This document shows positions 50,831-63,168 of a stretch of 64,000 bases of DNA, in pieces (position 1 is the first letter of the stretch; every line of letters starts with the position of its first letter). The position numbers and the translations under genes are program-made. The notes under the pieces are model-generated. The model saw nothing but the letters and a program-made list of their open reading frames with translations. It searched no databases and had not been told where the DNA came from. Origin of the DNA: Mobula hypostoma (lineage: Eukaryota); contig NC_086109.1 of NCBI RefSeq assembly GCF_963921235.1, positions 25,980,001-26,044,000 on the forward strand. Direction: 5' to 3'.

Positions 50831-52114
50831 AGAGGCATGCATACACACACCTCCTGGAGCCGACTTGGAGACAAAGGATTCTTTTTGTTGTTTTATGTAG
50901 ACAACAGGGATGTGAATAACTGTCAGCTTGCCAGTAATGCAAACCCCCCATGAGGAAAATGTGAATAACTTTTGCTTTCTACAAGTTAATAGGAAAGACT
51001 CAAACCAAAAAGGCAGCAGGAAGATGCCCTGCAGGTGAAAAAAAGGCCCCATGTCAAGTCAGTGGTGACAGTGCTAAATTGTGAAAGCTTCCTGCTAAGA
51101 ATTGGTCCTCTGAAGTCATTTCAGAAGGTTGTACTTGCAAACATAAGCTGAAAGCTCTAAAACTAAAATAAAAAGGGTGCGGGATGGAACTTCTGCAACA
51201 TGTAATCATGAAGAGTATCAGGTCAGGAGGGAGTAAATGTGTTCACTTGTTCTCTTTTACAGAGAAGATCCTCCATTCAAATTGCTTTCCATGCAGTTTA
51301 TGGGCAATCTTTACCAGTAGTATGTCTCATCTGAAGTTTCATTTAAATTGATGAAATGAAAAATGATGCCCATTTGTGCAGATGTGTTCATTTCCCTGTA
51401 ATGAAACCCTCCATCTACAGAGACTATTTATATAATGGAGACCAAGAACAATTTCTAATTTGATACTTAATTTATCCAACCATGCAGGTAGCTAATAAAA
51501 GCAAGAATAATTACGTTTGTATCTGGTCACCACAAAAATAACTCAACTATCATAAGTGGGTGGAAGGTTCTGAAATATCCCTAATGCACTGGCGCATGAA
51601 AGTCACTAGAAAACTTAAATATTCATGGAGTTACATATAAATGAACAAGTGGCAGTTTTAGGATGCAACAGATGATAATATTCTTCACCAAATGCACTGC
51701 TAAATATCAAAAGATTTTCAACCAGTATTCCAAATCTGCATCGCACTACAATCTCATGTCAAAACATTACTTTAATGATTGTTGCACCTTGTTAAAACAT
51801 ATTTTCTAAAAAAGGGTGATTCAGGTTTGTTAAAAGCAGAAAACAATTTCTGCTGTATTCTGTAAGTGTTGAGGATGAGCCAGGGATTTTCAAACAGATG
51901 GTTTCTGCGAAGAATTATTCTCAATTGGATTCAAGGTGTGACTGTCAATTAATCTCCAGTTTGCCCTTGGATGGATTCACTTCCAATAATTAGATGTTGG
52001 TCTTTGCAGCCTTTTGCAGAACTTCTTCAGCTCAGCCGCAGAAGAGTCAGCGTTACTTGGTCTAACGCACACACATTTGAATGTTAAAAAAATGTTAATG
52101 GAATAAATAAACAG

Positions 52115-52200
52115 AAGGGATTCTGAAGGTGCTGGAAATCCAGGAGGAACTCAGCAGGCCAGGCAGCATCTATGGAGAAGTATAGGCAATGCTGAACTAG
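52115..52200 (-). mobile_element. Short PLE terminal fragment
   Basis: gctggaaatccaggaggaactcagcaggccaggcagcatctatgg. Confidence 0.7.
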
Positions 52201-52254
52201 TCTGGAATAAAGTGGGAAAAGAAAGGCTTCATAGGGTATTTTTCACAGTGTCTG

Positions 52255-52642
52255 CTAATCCAAAAGTACAACCCTTCAAGTGTACAATATTGTGTAAAAA
52301 GTAATGTAGGAAACTCCAAAGCCATCTGTGTACAACCAACTTCCCAGAAACAGGAATGTGATAATGGACAGATTCCTGAGGTTGACCTAGGAATGAACAT
52401 AGCTCATGAAGTCAGGGACAACTTTCTGATTCTTTCCCATAGTAATAGTGTGAATTTTATTTTTGAATGTAAACACACCTATCTAAGAAAGCAGATAGAA
52501 CTTGGTTTGTCTTCTCATTGAAAAGACCCAGTCCTCTAACACTGTTACCCTTCTCCAATACAGTCCTGAAAGCAATGGACTTGATGTTTGTTTTCTGGAT
52601 GAAATATCTGAATCATGGGCATGAACATTATTCACTAAGCCA
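52255..52642 (-). mobile_element. Decayed Deu-domain SINE
   Basis: gtaatgtaggaaac..agccatctgtgtaca...aaacaggaatgtgataatg and cttggtttgtcttctcattgaaaagac resemble the antisense DeuSINE as I recall it. Confidence 0.55.
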
Positions 52643-53059
52643 GAGTTGACAAAAGGTATGGTTACAGACACCAAGCAACAGGAAGAATAAGAGAACAGGT
52701 ACAGCAAGATTGATTGGACAATACAAACCACCAATTAATTTATCATTTTAGCAAGGGCACTAAGTAATGTTGTCTTGGCTAACATGCCCATGAAGCTTTG
52801 TGACACACTATATCTAGGGAACAGATCACTGATTTATTCTCTTGTTCAAAACTCTTGTCTTCAAATCAGTGAATCCATTTCGGTATTCTGACTCTGGAGA
52901 AAATACCTTCAGATCGATCTGGTGATCTGATAATATTCCAGCATATTTACAATAGAGAGGGAATGTTTTCTTGTTGTGTGTGGAAAAAAGTGTACTTACC
53001 CTTTCATCTTGCTCTGAATCCAAAACAGCAAATCAAAACTCTTAATCATTCAAAGTAAT

Positions 53060-53735
53060 ACTGGAGGAACTCAGCAGGTCAGGCAGTATCTATAGAAAGG
53101 AATAAACAGTTGATTCTTCAGGCTGAGAGCATTCATCAGGAAGAGGGAAGAAATCAGAATAAAAATGTTGGGGGAGGAGAAGGAGTACAAGCTGGAAAGT
53201 GACAGGTGAAGCCAGGTGAGGGGGAAGGGGAATGGTGAGAAGCTGGGAAGTGATAGCTGGAAAAGGTAAAGAGCTGAACAAGAAGGAACCTGATACGAGA
53301 GAAGAGTGGACCAATGGGAGAAAGGGAAAGTGGAGGGCACCAGGGGGAGACGTTAGGCGGATGAGAAGAAGAGAAGAAGGAAGAGTGGAGCCAGGATGGT
53401 AAATGGAGACAGAGGGAAGGGGGACAGGGAAAAATTACATGAAGTTTGAAAAACTGATGTTCATGCCATCAGTTAGGAGGCTACCCAGACAGAATATGAG
53501 GTGTTGCTCCAACCGGAGTACGGCATCATTGTGGCAGCAGAGGAGACCATGCACCATGTTGGGATAGGAATAGGGACTGGAATTAAAATGGTTGGCCACA
53601 GGGAATTCCTGCTTGTTGTGGACAAAGTGAGTGTGTTGAACAAAGCAGTCCCTCCATGTACGTTGTGTCTCACCGATGTAGAGGGGCCCACATTGGATAC
53701 AGTAGCTGACCACAAGACACTTGCAAGTGGAGTGC
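53060..53735 (-). mobile_element. Penelope-like element 3' portion: GIY-YIG endonuclease remnant plus 3' end
   Basis: ORF 53435..53743 reads VVSYCIQC.GPLYIGETQR...QH...PVANHFNS...LRLEQHLIFCLGSL.TDGMNISFSNF. Degenerate hammerhead cCTGATGAatgctctcagcctGAAGaatcaactg at ~53107-53142. Confidence 0.9.
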
Positions 53736-54287
53736 AGCCTCATCTAGAAGGATTGTTTCCTTAACCTAGTTAAATTATGTCATATGTTGTTTTGCAAACT
53801 AAGTTTTGTATCAGGAACTGTTAGCCCTGCCCTTCATTAAAGCAGAGTACAGCTAGTCTTGGCATAAAATGTTATATGCCAACAGATGGCTGTAAGCCAG
53901 TACTTCAATTACTAAAAGTCATGCTAAATATAGGACATTTTGTTTTTCTACAGAAACTATATTTAAGGGGTAGCAATTTCAAACCTTTCATGTGCTAGGA
54001 TTTAATTGCTGCAGGTTTACAAATTGACTTAGGCATCAAACAGCGAAAATGGAATTTTACAGATATTTTTAAACAGTATCAATATACATCTGTTTTGAGG
54101 TACATGTGACAAATAAAACTTTTCTTTATAACATGCTATTAAATAAAGTTTATGAAAGATACAAGCACTTAACCAAGTGCTAAATGCACATTGTTCAGTT
54201 TAATATTAATATTTTAAACCTATAGATGGAATGTATGAAGAGGAGATTAAGGAGAGGCTGAAGAAAATGACTTTGCATAAGCTATCA

Positions 54288-55275
54288 GAAGTACAAAGTA
54301 CAAAGTAAATTTATTAACAAAGTACAGATATGTCACCATATACAACCCTGAGATTCATTTTCTTGTGGGCAATCACAGTAGATACAAGAAACAAAATAGA
54401 ATCAGTGAAAGCCTGCACCCAACAGGATGGACAAACAATTGGTGTGCAAAAGACACAGGCTGTGCAAATACAAAAGAAAAATAATTGAATAAATAAGCAA
54501 TAAATATAAACAATTTGAGACGAAGTGTCTTTGAAAGTGAGTCCATAGGTTGTGGGAACAATTTAGTGATGGGGCAAGGGAAGCTGAGTGAAGTTATCCC
54601 CCCTGGTACAAGAGCCTGATGGTTGAGGAGTAAACTGTTCCTGAACCTGGTGGTGTGGGTCCTGAGGCTCTTGTATCTTCTTCGTGATGTCAGTAGCGAG
54701 AAAAGAGCACAGCCTGAGCGGTGGGATTCCTTGAAGATGGATGCTGCTTTCCTGCAACAGTATTCCCTGTAGATGGGCTCAATGATGGGGAGAGCTTTAC
54801 CTGTGATAGACTGGACCATATCCACTAATTTTTGTAAGCTCTTTCATTCAAGGGAATTTGTGCTTCCATACCAGGCCATGATGCAGCCAATCAAAATGTT
54901 CTCCACCACACATCTATAGATATTTGTCAATGTTTTGGATGTCGTGCCGAATCTTCGCAAACTTCTAAGGCTGTAGAAGCAACGCCGTGCCTCATCTAAT
55001 GGCACTTATATACTGGGCCCGGGACAGATCCTCTGTAATGATAACACTGAGGAACTTAAAGTTGCTGACCCTCTCCACCTCTGATCCCCAAACGAGGACT
55101 AGCTCATGGACCTCTGGTTTCCTCCTCCTAAAGCCAACATTGCTGACATTGAGTGACACGTTGTTGCTGTGGTGCCACTTAGCCAGATATTCAGTCTCCT
55201 TCCTATATTCTGATTTGTCACCACCTTTGATTAGTGGTGTCATCAGCAAACTTAAATATAGCATTAGTGCTGTGC
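54288..55275 (-). mobile_element. Rex1/Babar LINE 3' fragment
   Basis: Translation GGDKSEYRKETEYLAKW..NNVSLNVS...VERVSNFKFLSVIITEDLS and SITGKALPIIEPIY..CCRKAASIFK; tail aataaatttactttgtactttgtac. Confidence 0.9.
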
Positions 55276-56419
55276 CAACCAAAACCGGAACATTATTTCT
55301 TCAAAAGAGCTGTCATAAATATTTTCTTAGGTCGTACAATGAATTTTAATGACAAGCTTCACAACAGAATATCAAATGAATACACATTTTCATTGGAATA
55401 ATGGAATTCCAAATATATAACTAGTCAATTACCTCTTCATAAAATGTTCTTGAACCAAGGAGCTGATTTGGCTATAGCATTTCTCAACCCTCAGCTAAGT
55501 ACACATACCCTTAATGTACAACTTAGATCAGAACTTAACCTAACAATCTCCTATTAAAAGGAAAGAGTGCCAAAAAATAAACCAAGCTGACACCGCAACT
55601 AATGAAGTTATATTTATTTACATCTCTTATCCTTGCAATGCTATTCCTTTGCTCAAAATGGTCAGGAACAAGTGAGCCAAGTACTGAAATAATTGAATTT
55701 CAAAATGGCTCACACCCCTCAGATCATCAATAACAGTGTTCTGAATTAATAGTTTTAAGTTTAATGTGAAATTTAACACAGAAGTCGATTCCTCTTTGGA
55801 TTCTCCATAAAATTAATGTTTCACTCAAGTCAGAAGTAAAATGACCCAGTATAAAGGTTGAACATGTGCTGAGGACTAGTTTCAGTAATATGAATTAGTT
55901 TACCTTTGAAGAAGGAAAGATAAAGTGTGATCTGTAAATGCTGGCAGCTTTCAGAAAGCACAGAGCACCTGTGTTCACAAAACAGTTGATAAAGATGAAA
56001 TCACGTGACTTTTCTAATAGAGCCCACAGGTGCTAGAAGCATTGTATTCATACTGAGTAAACCAGAGATTACTTACAGAAATTGGCATGTTGGTTGACAG
56101 ATCTCATGAAATTGATTGCGAATTTTTGTTATTAAACTAAATTAATTCTGTATAGTCAGAGACTCCAGACCATTGGACAATAGTTTTATACAGTAGAATC
56201 AATAGGAGATGGCTAAAAGTGCTGAAAGCTTAAAGAAGTAACTATTTTTTCCCTATGAATTTATATACATTAACCATTGGAACAAGGAGAAGACTGCATT
56301 TGTATTTTGATGTTTTGTTAGTATAGACAAATAGAAACAGTTCCCGTGTAGGCATACAGGGCAGGAATTTTCTACACAGCTGGATCTTACAAACATCTTT
56401 TTCCAGAAATTCAGCGTGG

Positions 56420-56632
56420 TAACAGTCCTTCTGACCCAACAAGCCTGTGCTGCCCAGTTACCCCCACGTGACCTACTAACCCACCCGTATACTTTTGGAA
56501 TGTGGGGGGGGGGGAAACCAAAGCACATAGAGAAACCCCATGCAGTCACCGGGAGAACTTACAGCCAGTGGTAGAATTGAACCCAGTTCGCAAGCACTGT
56601 AATAGTGTTATGCTAACCAATATGTTACTGTC
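56420..56632 (-). mobile_element. V-SINE/HE1-like SINE
   Basis: ttttggaatgtggggg...aaaccaaagcacatagagaaaccccatgcagtcaccgggagaac...gaattgaaccc. Confidence 0.75.
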
Positions 56633-56952
56633 CGCCTGAGTAACAAATAACAATTTTCTCCCTTGATGATATTTTTTAAGGGAAAACCATAGTGTTTCAT
56701 TGTCTTTGAGGGAAGCAGTGCATTTATCAAATGACCTATCATACCTGTAATGTTGGATTTATTTTTGTTTCCTAGGCTAACACATTTTTGATTACCTGTA
56801 GTATTCATAATCACAGGCAAGCATGATAATTTATCGTTTTTAGCTGGACTTTTAATATAGTGTAAATAGGTTATGTAAAATCCATTTCATAAATTGTCAT
56901 GAAGAGTTTTATCTGTACACTAACATTGACAAAAGCAATCAAAGTATTTTTA

Positions 56953-57055
56953 AGCAACATACATCAAAGTTGCTGGTGAACGCAGCAGGCCAGGCAGCAT
57001 CTGTAGGAAGAGGTACAGTCGACGTTTCAGGCCGAGACCCTTCGTCAGGACTAAC
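56953..57055 (-). mobile_element. Very short young PLE 3' insert with 14-bp TSD (one mismatch)
   Basis: TCAAAGTATTTTTA (56939-56952) and TCAAAGTACTTTTA (57056-57069). Confidence 0.85.
57016..57053 (-). ncRNA. Minimal type-I hammerhead ribozyme motif, intact core
   Basis: Minus strand TAGTC-CTGACGA-A-GGG-TCTCGG-CCT-GAAAC-GTC-GACTG, with G-U wobbles in helices I and II. Confidence 0.75.
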
Positions 57056-57289
57056 TCAAAGTACTTTTACGTGTTTGGAGTCCGATCTCTAAATTTTGTA
57101 ATTCCATCCTTTATTGGCTTTTTAAAACTGAGTTAATCAAATGATCTGCTAATGAAAATCTTAATATTTGATGAATTTTACATGAACATTATAATAGTTG
57201 TTCAATCTTCATGAATAAAAAATGATAGTGAAGCTGATTTTTTTTTATCAAATCAGAAATTCTAAATGTCTAAATCGGTTAGAATAATA

Positions 57290-57865
57290 CATTCAGTGGA
57301 CATGTTATTAGATGCCTCCTGTGCCTAATAAGATGTTCACTGACTGCATGTTCATGATCTTCTGCTACTCTAGCCCATCTACTTCAAGGTTCAGTTTATT
57401 GTCCATTCAGAGATGCTCTTTTGCCCACCACTGTTGTAGCACCTGGTTATCTGAGTTACTGTCATCTTCGTGTCAGTTTGAACCATTCTCCTTTAACCAC
57501 TCTCGTTAACCGAGCATTCTCCTTTGACCTTTCTCATTAACAAGGCATCAGAACAGTTGCTCACCGGATGTTTTCTTTTTTGGCTTTTGGCCCCTTTCTT
57601 CGTAAACTCTAGAGACTAGTGTACATGGAAATCCTGGGAGATCAGCAGTTTCTGAGATACTCAAACCGCCCCGTCTGGCACCAATAACCATTTCACTTTC
57701 AAAGTCACTTACATCACATTCCTTTCCCATTCTGATGTTTGATCTGAGCCTTTGACCATGCCTGCATGCTTTTATGCATGGAGTTCATTTCACATGATTG
57801 ACTGATTAAGCATTTGGATTAACGGACAGGTGTACAGTTGTATCTAATAAGGTGGCCAATGAGTG
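57290..57865 (-). mobile_element. Non-autonomous Tc1 element, copy 3
   Basis: TA-flanked degenerate TIRs. ORF 57548..57730 MGKECDVSDFESEMVIGARRGGLSISETADL.GF...VSRVY is a Tc1 transposase HTH start. Confidence 0.9.
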
Positions 57866-58478
57866 TATTTTCTACACAGCATCACATAATGCCAGTGCTG
57901 TTTGACAGTTGTAGTAGAGCTGCAGTTGGTATTGATCTTATTTAATGCATGTAGTGAAGGCATAAGGACTTAAATATTTGGTTATTTTATTAATAAATAT
58001 AAATAAATGACTTGCATTCCAACAAATATATTAGCAATTTTGAAAACTGCTGTAGACAAACTATTCCCAATCTAATTTATAGTGTCTGGAGTCAATATTT
58101 CTGCTTCAGGTTAATCATTACATGGTTGCTACCTAAGGCACAGTTAATAATAACTGTCAATAATGAAACACAAACATGAAACATGGAGATGTTGAATAGT
58201 TACAGCTTAGTGAAAATTGACATGATTGCACACTCACAAAATTAACTGGAATATTGCCTGTAAATGCCTCATATATTTCATACAAGCCATACATTAGTTT
58301 GACAAAATATGTAAAGAAGTAACTTTTGTTGTAAAGAAACTGAGGCATGTTGATATGTGAAACTCATCATGTTACTCGCTAATATAAAATAAATTTGTGC
58401 TAATTTTTGTAAATTTTGCCATTGTGTTCATAAATATCCAAACAGTTTGTTTAATCAACTGAGTATGTAGCAGATTTC

Positions 58479-59399
58479 AAAGTTGCTGGTGAACGCAGCA
58501 GGCCAGGCAGCATCTCTAAGAAGAGGTACAGTCGACGTTTCAGGCCGAGACCCTTCGTCAGGACTAACTGAAGGAAGAGATAGCAAAAGATTTGAAAGTG
58601 GGAGGGGGAGGGGGAGATCCAAAATGATAGGAGAAGACAGGAGGGGGAGGGATGGAGCCGAGAGCTGGACAGGTGATTGGCAAAAGGGATATGAAAGGAT
58701 CATGGGACAGGAGGCCCAGAGAGAAGGAAAAGGGGAAGGGGGGGGAAAGCCCAGAGGATGGGCAAGGGGTATAGTGAGATGGACACAGGGAGAAAAAGGA
58801 GAGAGAGAAAAAGAATGTGTGTATAAAAATAAATAACGGATGGGGTACGAGGGGGAGGTGGGGTATTAGCGGAACTTTGAGAACTCAATGTTCACGCCAT
58901 CAGGTTGGAGGCTACCCAGACGGAATATAAGGTGTTGTTCCTCCAACCTGAGTGTGGCTTCATCTTTACAGTAGAGAGGCCTCCCCCTCCTACCCCATCT
59001 GTTATTTATTTATATACACACATTCTTTTTCGCTCTCTCCTTTTTCTCCCTCTGTCCCTCTGACTATACCCCTTGCCGATCCTCTGGGTTTTTCCCCCCT
59101 CCTCCCTTTCCTTCTCCCTGGGCCTCCTGTCCCATGATCCTCTCATATCCCCTTTGCCTGTCACCTGTCCAGCTCTTGGCTCCATCCCTCCCCCTCCTGT
59201 CTTCTCCTATCATTTTGGATCTCCCCCTCCCCCTCCCACCTTCAAATCTCTTACTAGCTCTTCTTTCAGTTAGTCCTGACAAAGGATCTCGGCCCGAAGC
59301 GTCAACCGTACCTCTTCCTAGAGATGCTGCCTGGCCTGCTGCGTTCACCAGCAATTTTGATGTGTGTTGCCTGAATTTCCAGCATCTGCAGAATTCCTC
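58479..59399. mobile_element. PLE insertion with long inverted 3' arms and 14-bp TSD
   Basis: ATGTAGCAGATTTC at 58465-58478 and 59400-59413. Arms ~58479-58865 and ~58978-59360 are reverse complements. The spacer encodes, on the minus strand, DEATLRLEEQHLIFRLGSLQPDGVNIEFSKFR* (GIY-YIG C-terminus). Confidence 0.93.
58529..58566 (-). ncRNA. Minimal type-I hammerhead ribozyme motif, intact core
   Basis: Minus strand TAGTC-CTGACGA-A-GGG-TCTCGG-CCT-GAAAC-GTC-GACTG. The partner arm copy at 59271-59308 is mutated (CTGACAA...GAAGC). Confidence 0.75.
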
Positions 59400-59413
59400 A
59401 TGTAGCAGATTTC

Positions 59414-59700
59414 TCTATTTCTCTAACTTCCGGTAACTACTCCCTTATGTTTACTCCCCCTACCGTTTGTTTTCCCTTATTCCTCTGGCCCTTTTACTCC
59501 ATCTCTTTCCACCCTCACAAGACTTGCCCGTCTCCTTCACCTTCCTCTGGTTCCCTACCTCCTTCCCTTTATTGCGTGGTTTGCCCACTGCTCCTTTCAG
59601 ATGCCTTCTTTTTCACCCTTTTGCCTCTTCCACCTGCCAGCTCTCAGTTTCTCGGATCACTCCCTTTTCCTACCTTCCCCCATCACCTGGATTCACCCAT
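59414..59700 (+). mobile_element. Older PLE pyrimidine-rich 3' UTR fragment
   Basis: atttctctaacttccggtaa followed by a C/T-rich tract similar to the reverse complement of 53160-53450. Confidence 0.6.
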
Positions 59701-59789
59701 AACAATTTTGACTTAGGTTTAACCATATGCCACATTGCAGGCAATGGACTTTTCAATTCAGGGTGGCAGGGTGGAGATACATCTCTACC

Positions 59790-60760
59790 AAAGTCAGGTC
59801 AAGTCAGGTTTATTATCATTTAACTATACATGTGTATATAACATGTATAACAGTATAAAGTATATAGAATCTATACAACATTTCTCTGAACCAGGGGCAA
59901 AGCGCAGTAGTACACATAATACACGGTAACTTATGCAGGTAAGGATAAAATCTACAGATGAATCACGCATAAGTAACAAACTAAAGTGCATTCATATTAA
60001 ATATTGTACTGGAGCAGATTAACCAGTAACACTTCGAAAACAATGCGGCAGGGAGTTCAGAAGCCTGGGCTTGGGGGAAGAAACTGTTTCTGATCCTGAA
60101 CATTCTTGTTTTTATGCATCAGAGTCTCCTGCCTGATGCTAGAAAGTCAAAGAGGATGCTGGATGGATGGGTAGGATCCTTAAAAATAATAAGGGCGCTG
60201 CTGTGCCTTCTTGTTCAGGGAGTTGATATTAAGGGAGGTGATTTCATTTGTGATGTGAGCTCCCAGGAACTTGGTGCATTTAACTCTCTCTACAGAGGAG
60301 CCATGTATTCGCAGAGGGGATGATCCATCTGCACCTTCTTGAAGTTCACAATGATTTCCTTTGTCTTCTCCACATTCAGACTTAGGTTGTTCTTCCGACA
60401 CCAATCCAACAGCTGCACAACTTCCTTTCTACATTCCGTTTCGTCATTGTTCTTGATGAGGCCAGCCACCGTTGTGTCATCCGCTAACAGTGTGAACAGC
60501 AGCCGGATGAACACACAGCCTTGGGGAGCGCCAGTGCTCCATGTAATGGGACCAGAGACGTTGCTGCCCACACAGACTGACTGTGACCATATTGTTCAGA
60601 AGTCCAGTATCCTGTTGCAGGGGGAGGTGCTGAGTCCCAGCGAGGATAACTTCCACATCAGTTTCTGGGGTATGATGGCGTTGAATGCCAAACTGAAGTC
60701 TATAAACAGCAGTCTGGCATATGAGACCCCATTTTCCAGATGGGATTGGACAAAGATGTA
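59790..60760 (-). mobile_element. Rex1/Babar LINE RT fragment with internal deletions
   Basis: Translation STGAPQGCVFIRLLFTLL-ADDTTVAGLIKNNDETECRKEV..LLDWCRKNNLSLNVEKTKEIIVNFKK; HGSSVERVKCTKFLG. Confidence 0.9.
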
Positions 60761-60764
60761 AGGC

Positions 60765-61050
60765 ACTCCTTCCCTCTGCGAGCCTGCAGGTCACCCTTGG
60801 GTGAGCAGTAGCACCTACTTAGCACCCTAAGCAGGGTCACACTAAGCTGTGGGAGCAGGTGATGGATGGTTCTATGAGCAGTCGGTGCATATCACACGTC
60901 CTGGTTATGTGACGACCGACACCAGGCAGACAATCTCTGAAAACTATTGATATTGGCTGGGGACACACATCTGGTAAAGTCACGGCCCAGAAGAAGGAAA
61001 CGGCAAACCACTTCTGAAGAATAATTTGCCATTCAAAAATAGAGAAGACC
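60765..61050 (+). mobile_element. RTE-related SINE or UTR fragment
   Basis: gaaggaaacggcaaaccacttctg...tttgcc motif typical of RTE-associated elements; recognised from memory. Confidence 0.5.
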
Positions 61051-61494
61051 AAATTGAATCATTCCCAAAGACGCATGACAATTGTGATAGATAACCATTC
61101 TTTAACAGTTCACGTTACTGAGGGTAGCATGCCACAATCCTGTCGCCCACTTATAACAGAGAGCACTAACTATGCTGGCCTTAGGCTTTCAAATCAGTAA
61201 GTGGTCCAATAATGAAGACAACTATTAGTTTGCATTGTTTAAAGTTAACATGAACCCCTTAATATGAATTTGCACTGTGCAGATTCTGGAGGTGGACATC
61301 ATTCCGAATATTGCTAAGAAAAAACAATATGTAATCATAGGAGAGAGCATGCACTAACATTGTGCTGCCGGGGGTTGGAGGTCAGGTGGTGCAAAGGAAG
61401 AGAAATCATGTATCCACAGGAAGCAGGGGCCCCTCCTCCTGACCACTCCCCTCTTCATCAACATAGGATAAGAAGCCTGTTCTACGTGGTCACG

Positions 61495-61682
61495 AACGCA
61501 AGACATTCTGCAGATGCTGGAAATCCAGAGCAATGCGGACAAAATGCTGAAGGAACTTAGCAGGTTAGGCAGCAGCTATAAAGAGGAATAAACATTCATT
61601 GTTTCAGGCCAAGATCCTTCATCAGGCCTCGAAACGCTGACTGTCTATTCTGCTCTGTCGTTGCTTCTGACCGGCTGATTTC
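61495..61682. mobile_element. Decayed fold-back PLE 3' remnant
   Basis: ctgcagatgctggaaatccagagc...; minus strand CTGATGA-A-GGA-tcttgg-CCT-GAAAC-AAT (cleavage triplet lost). Confidence 0.75.
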
Positions 61683-62659
61683 TATGTAGTCGCAAAGCGA
61701 AACTTTATAGTATGTATTTGGAACTATAACAGTAAGTAATTAGTATCACATATTTTAACTTATTACTAATATTGGAATTCACCTCCAAAATACCTTGGAA
61801 AATTCTTAAACTTTTCTAGATTATGAGGTTTGTCGAGATGCATTTTAATCTCGTTCAAAGATCCTTACCCTGAAGGGATTTACCAGTGAGTGTAGAAATG
61901 CCCCTAACCAGTGTTACTTCTGATAGGTTTTCAGGAATGACTGCTTTATTAAAGTCCACCATAAAATCATACATGAGCCTGTCTGATTTCCAAAGCTGAA
62001 ATCATACATGTTCATCTCTTGCTGAGAAAACTGGATTCCAGTGTAATGTCAACCCATTTCTTATCATAATTCACTGCCTTGACTAGAAAACATACTTGTT
62101 TAAATATTTAGAGTTCTCCCTAAAAAAAAATCACTAAATTGGCAAAGACAACTTAAAAGTAGAATCTTGATATTTTGCAAACCAATTCATGCGCCAAAAT
62201 GGAGCCTGTAGGTAGGATTCACAGCTGCCATACCCGTGCCTTGGTAGTCACAAGGAAGCCTGACTTCATGGGAAGGACTCTTCCACATCGCAGCCTGTTA
62301 CATTCTTAGGAAAGGAGGCCATGGAGGTGAGGAGAAGATCAGTGGAGAGGAGAAGTGCAACAAGGCACTCTCCAGAGTGTCTGGTCAGTTGCCATGAAAT
62401 GAACTGGGTCAATCAGCTCTTATGCTGCAAGCAGTCACAAGTTACTGCGTGGCTTGGTCACAAGTCATTTGACTGAAAGGACTGCAATCAGTGAATAGAA
62501 CTCCAGTGAATTACAACATAAAACCAGACAATAAAGCAGGGAGATGCTGCGTGTGAGAAATTCATTTGACTGTGAGATTTTAAATTGCAGTTTCACTCCC
62601 AATCTCTACGTGATTAGAATTAGAATTTTATTTCTTACATCCATGTAAGAAAAAAATGC

Positions 62660-63168
62660 ACTGCCACTGGAGAGGGTTCAGAGGAGGTTCCCACGGATGA
62701 TTCCAGGAATGAAAGGGTTATCATATGAGGAGTGTTTGATGCCTCTGGGCCTCTACTCGCTGGAATTTAGAAGGATGAAGAGGCAATCTCATTGAAACCT
62801 CTTGAATGGTAAATGGCTTAGACAGAGTTGATGTGTGAAAGATGTTTCCCATGCTGGGTGAGTCTAGGACAAGAGGGCACAGCATCAGGATAGAGGGGCA
62901 TCCATTTAAAACAGAGACGTGGAGAAATTTCTTCAGCCAGAAGGTGGTGAATTTGTGGAATTTGTTACAGCAGGCAGCTGCGGAGGCCAGGTCATTGCGT
63001 GTATTTAAGATGGAGATCGTTAGGTTCTTGATTGGCCATACCATCAAAGTTACAGGGAATGAGGCTGAGGAGGGTAAAAAAAAGATCAGCCATGATTGAA
63101 AGGTGGAGCAGACTCGATGGGGCGAGTGGCCTAATTCAGCTCCTCCGTCTCATGGTCTTATGGTCTAA
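62660..63168 (+). mobile_element. CR1 LINE 3' fragment
   Basis: Translation LERVQRRF..., MFPMLGESRTRGHSIRIEGHPFKTETWRNFFSQKVVNLWNLL; tail atggtcttatggtc. Confidence 0.9.
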
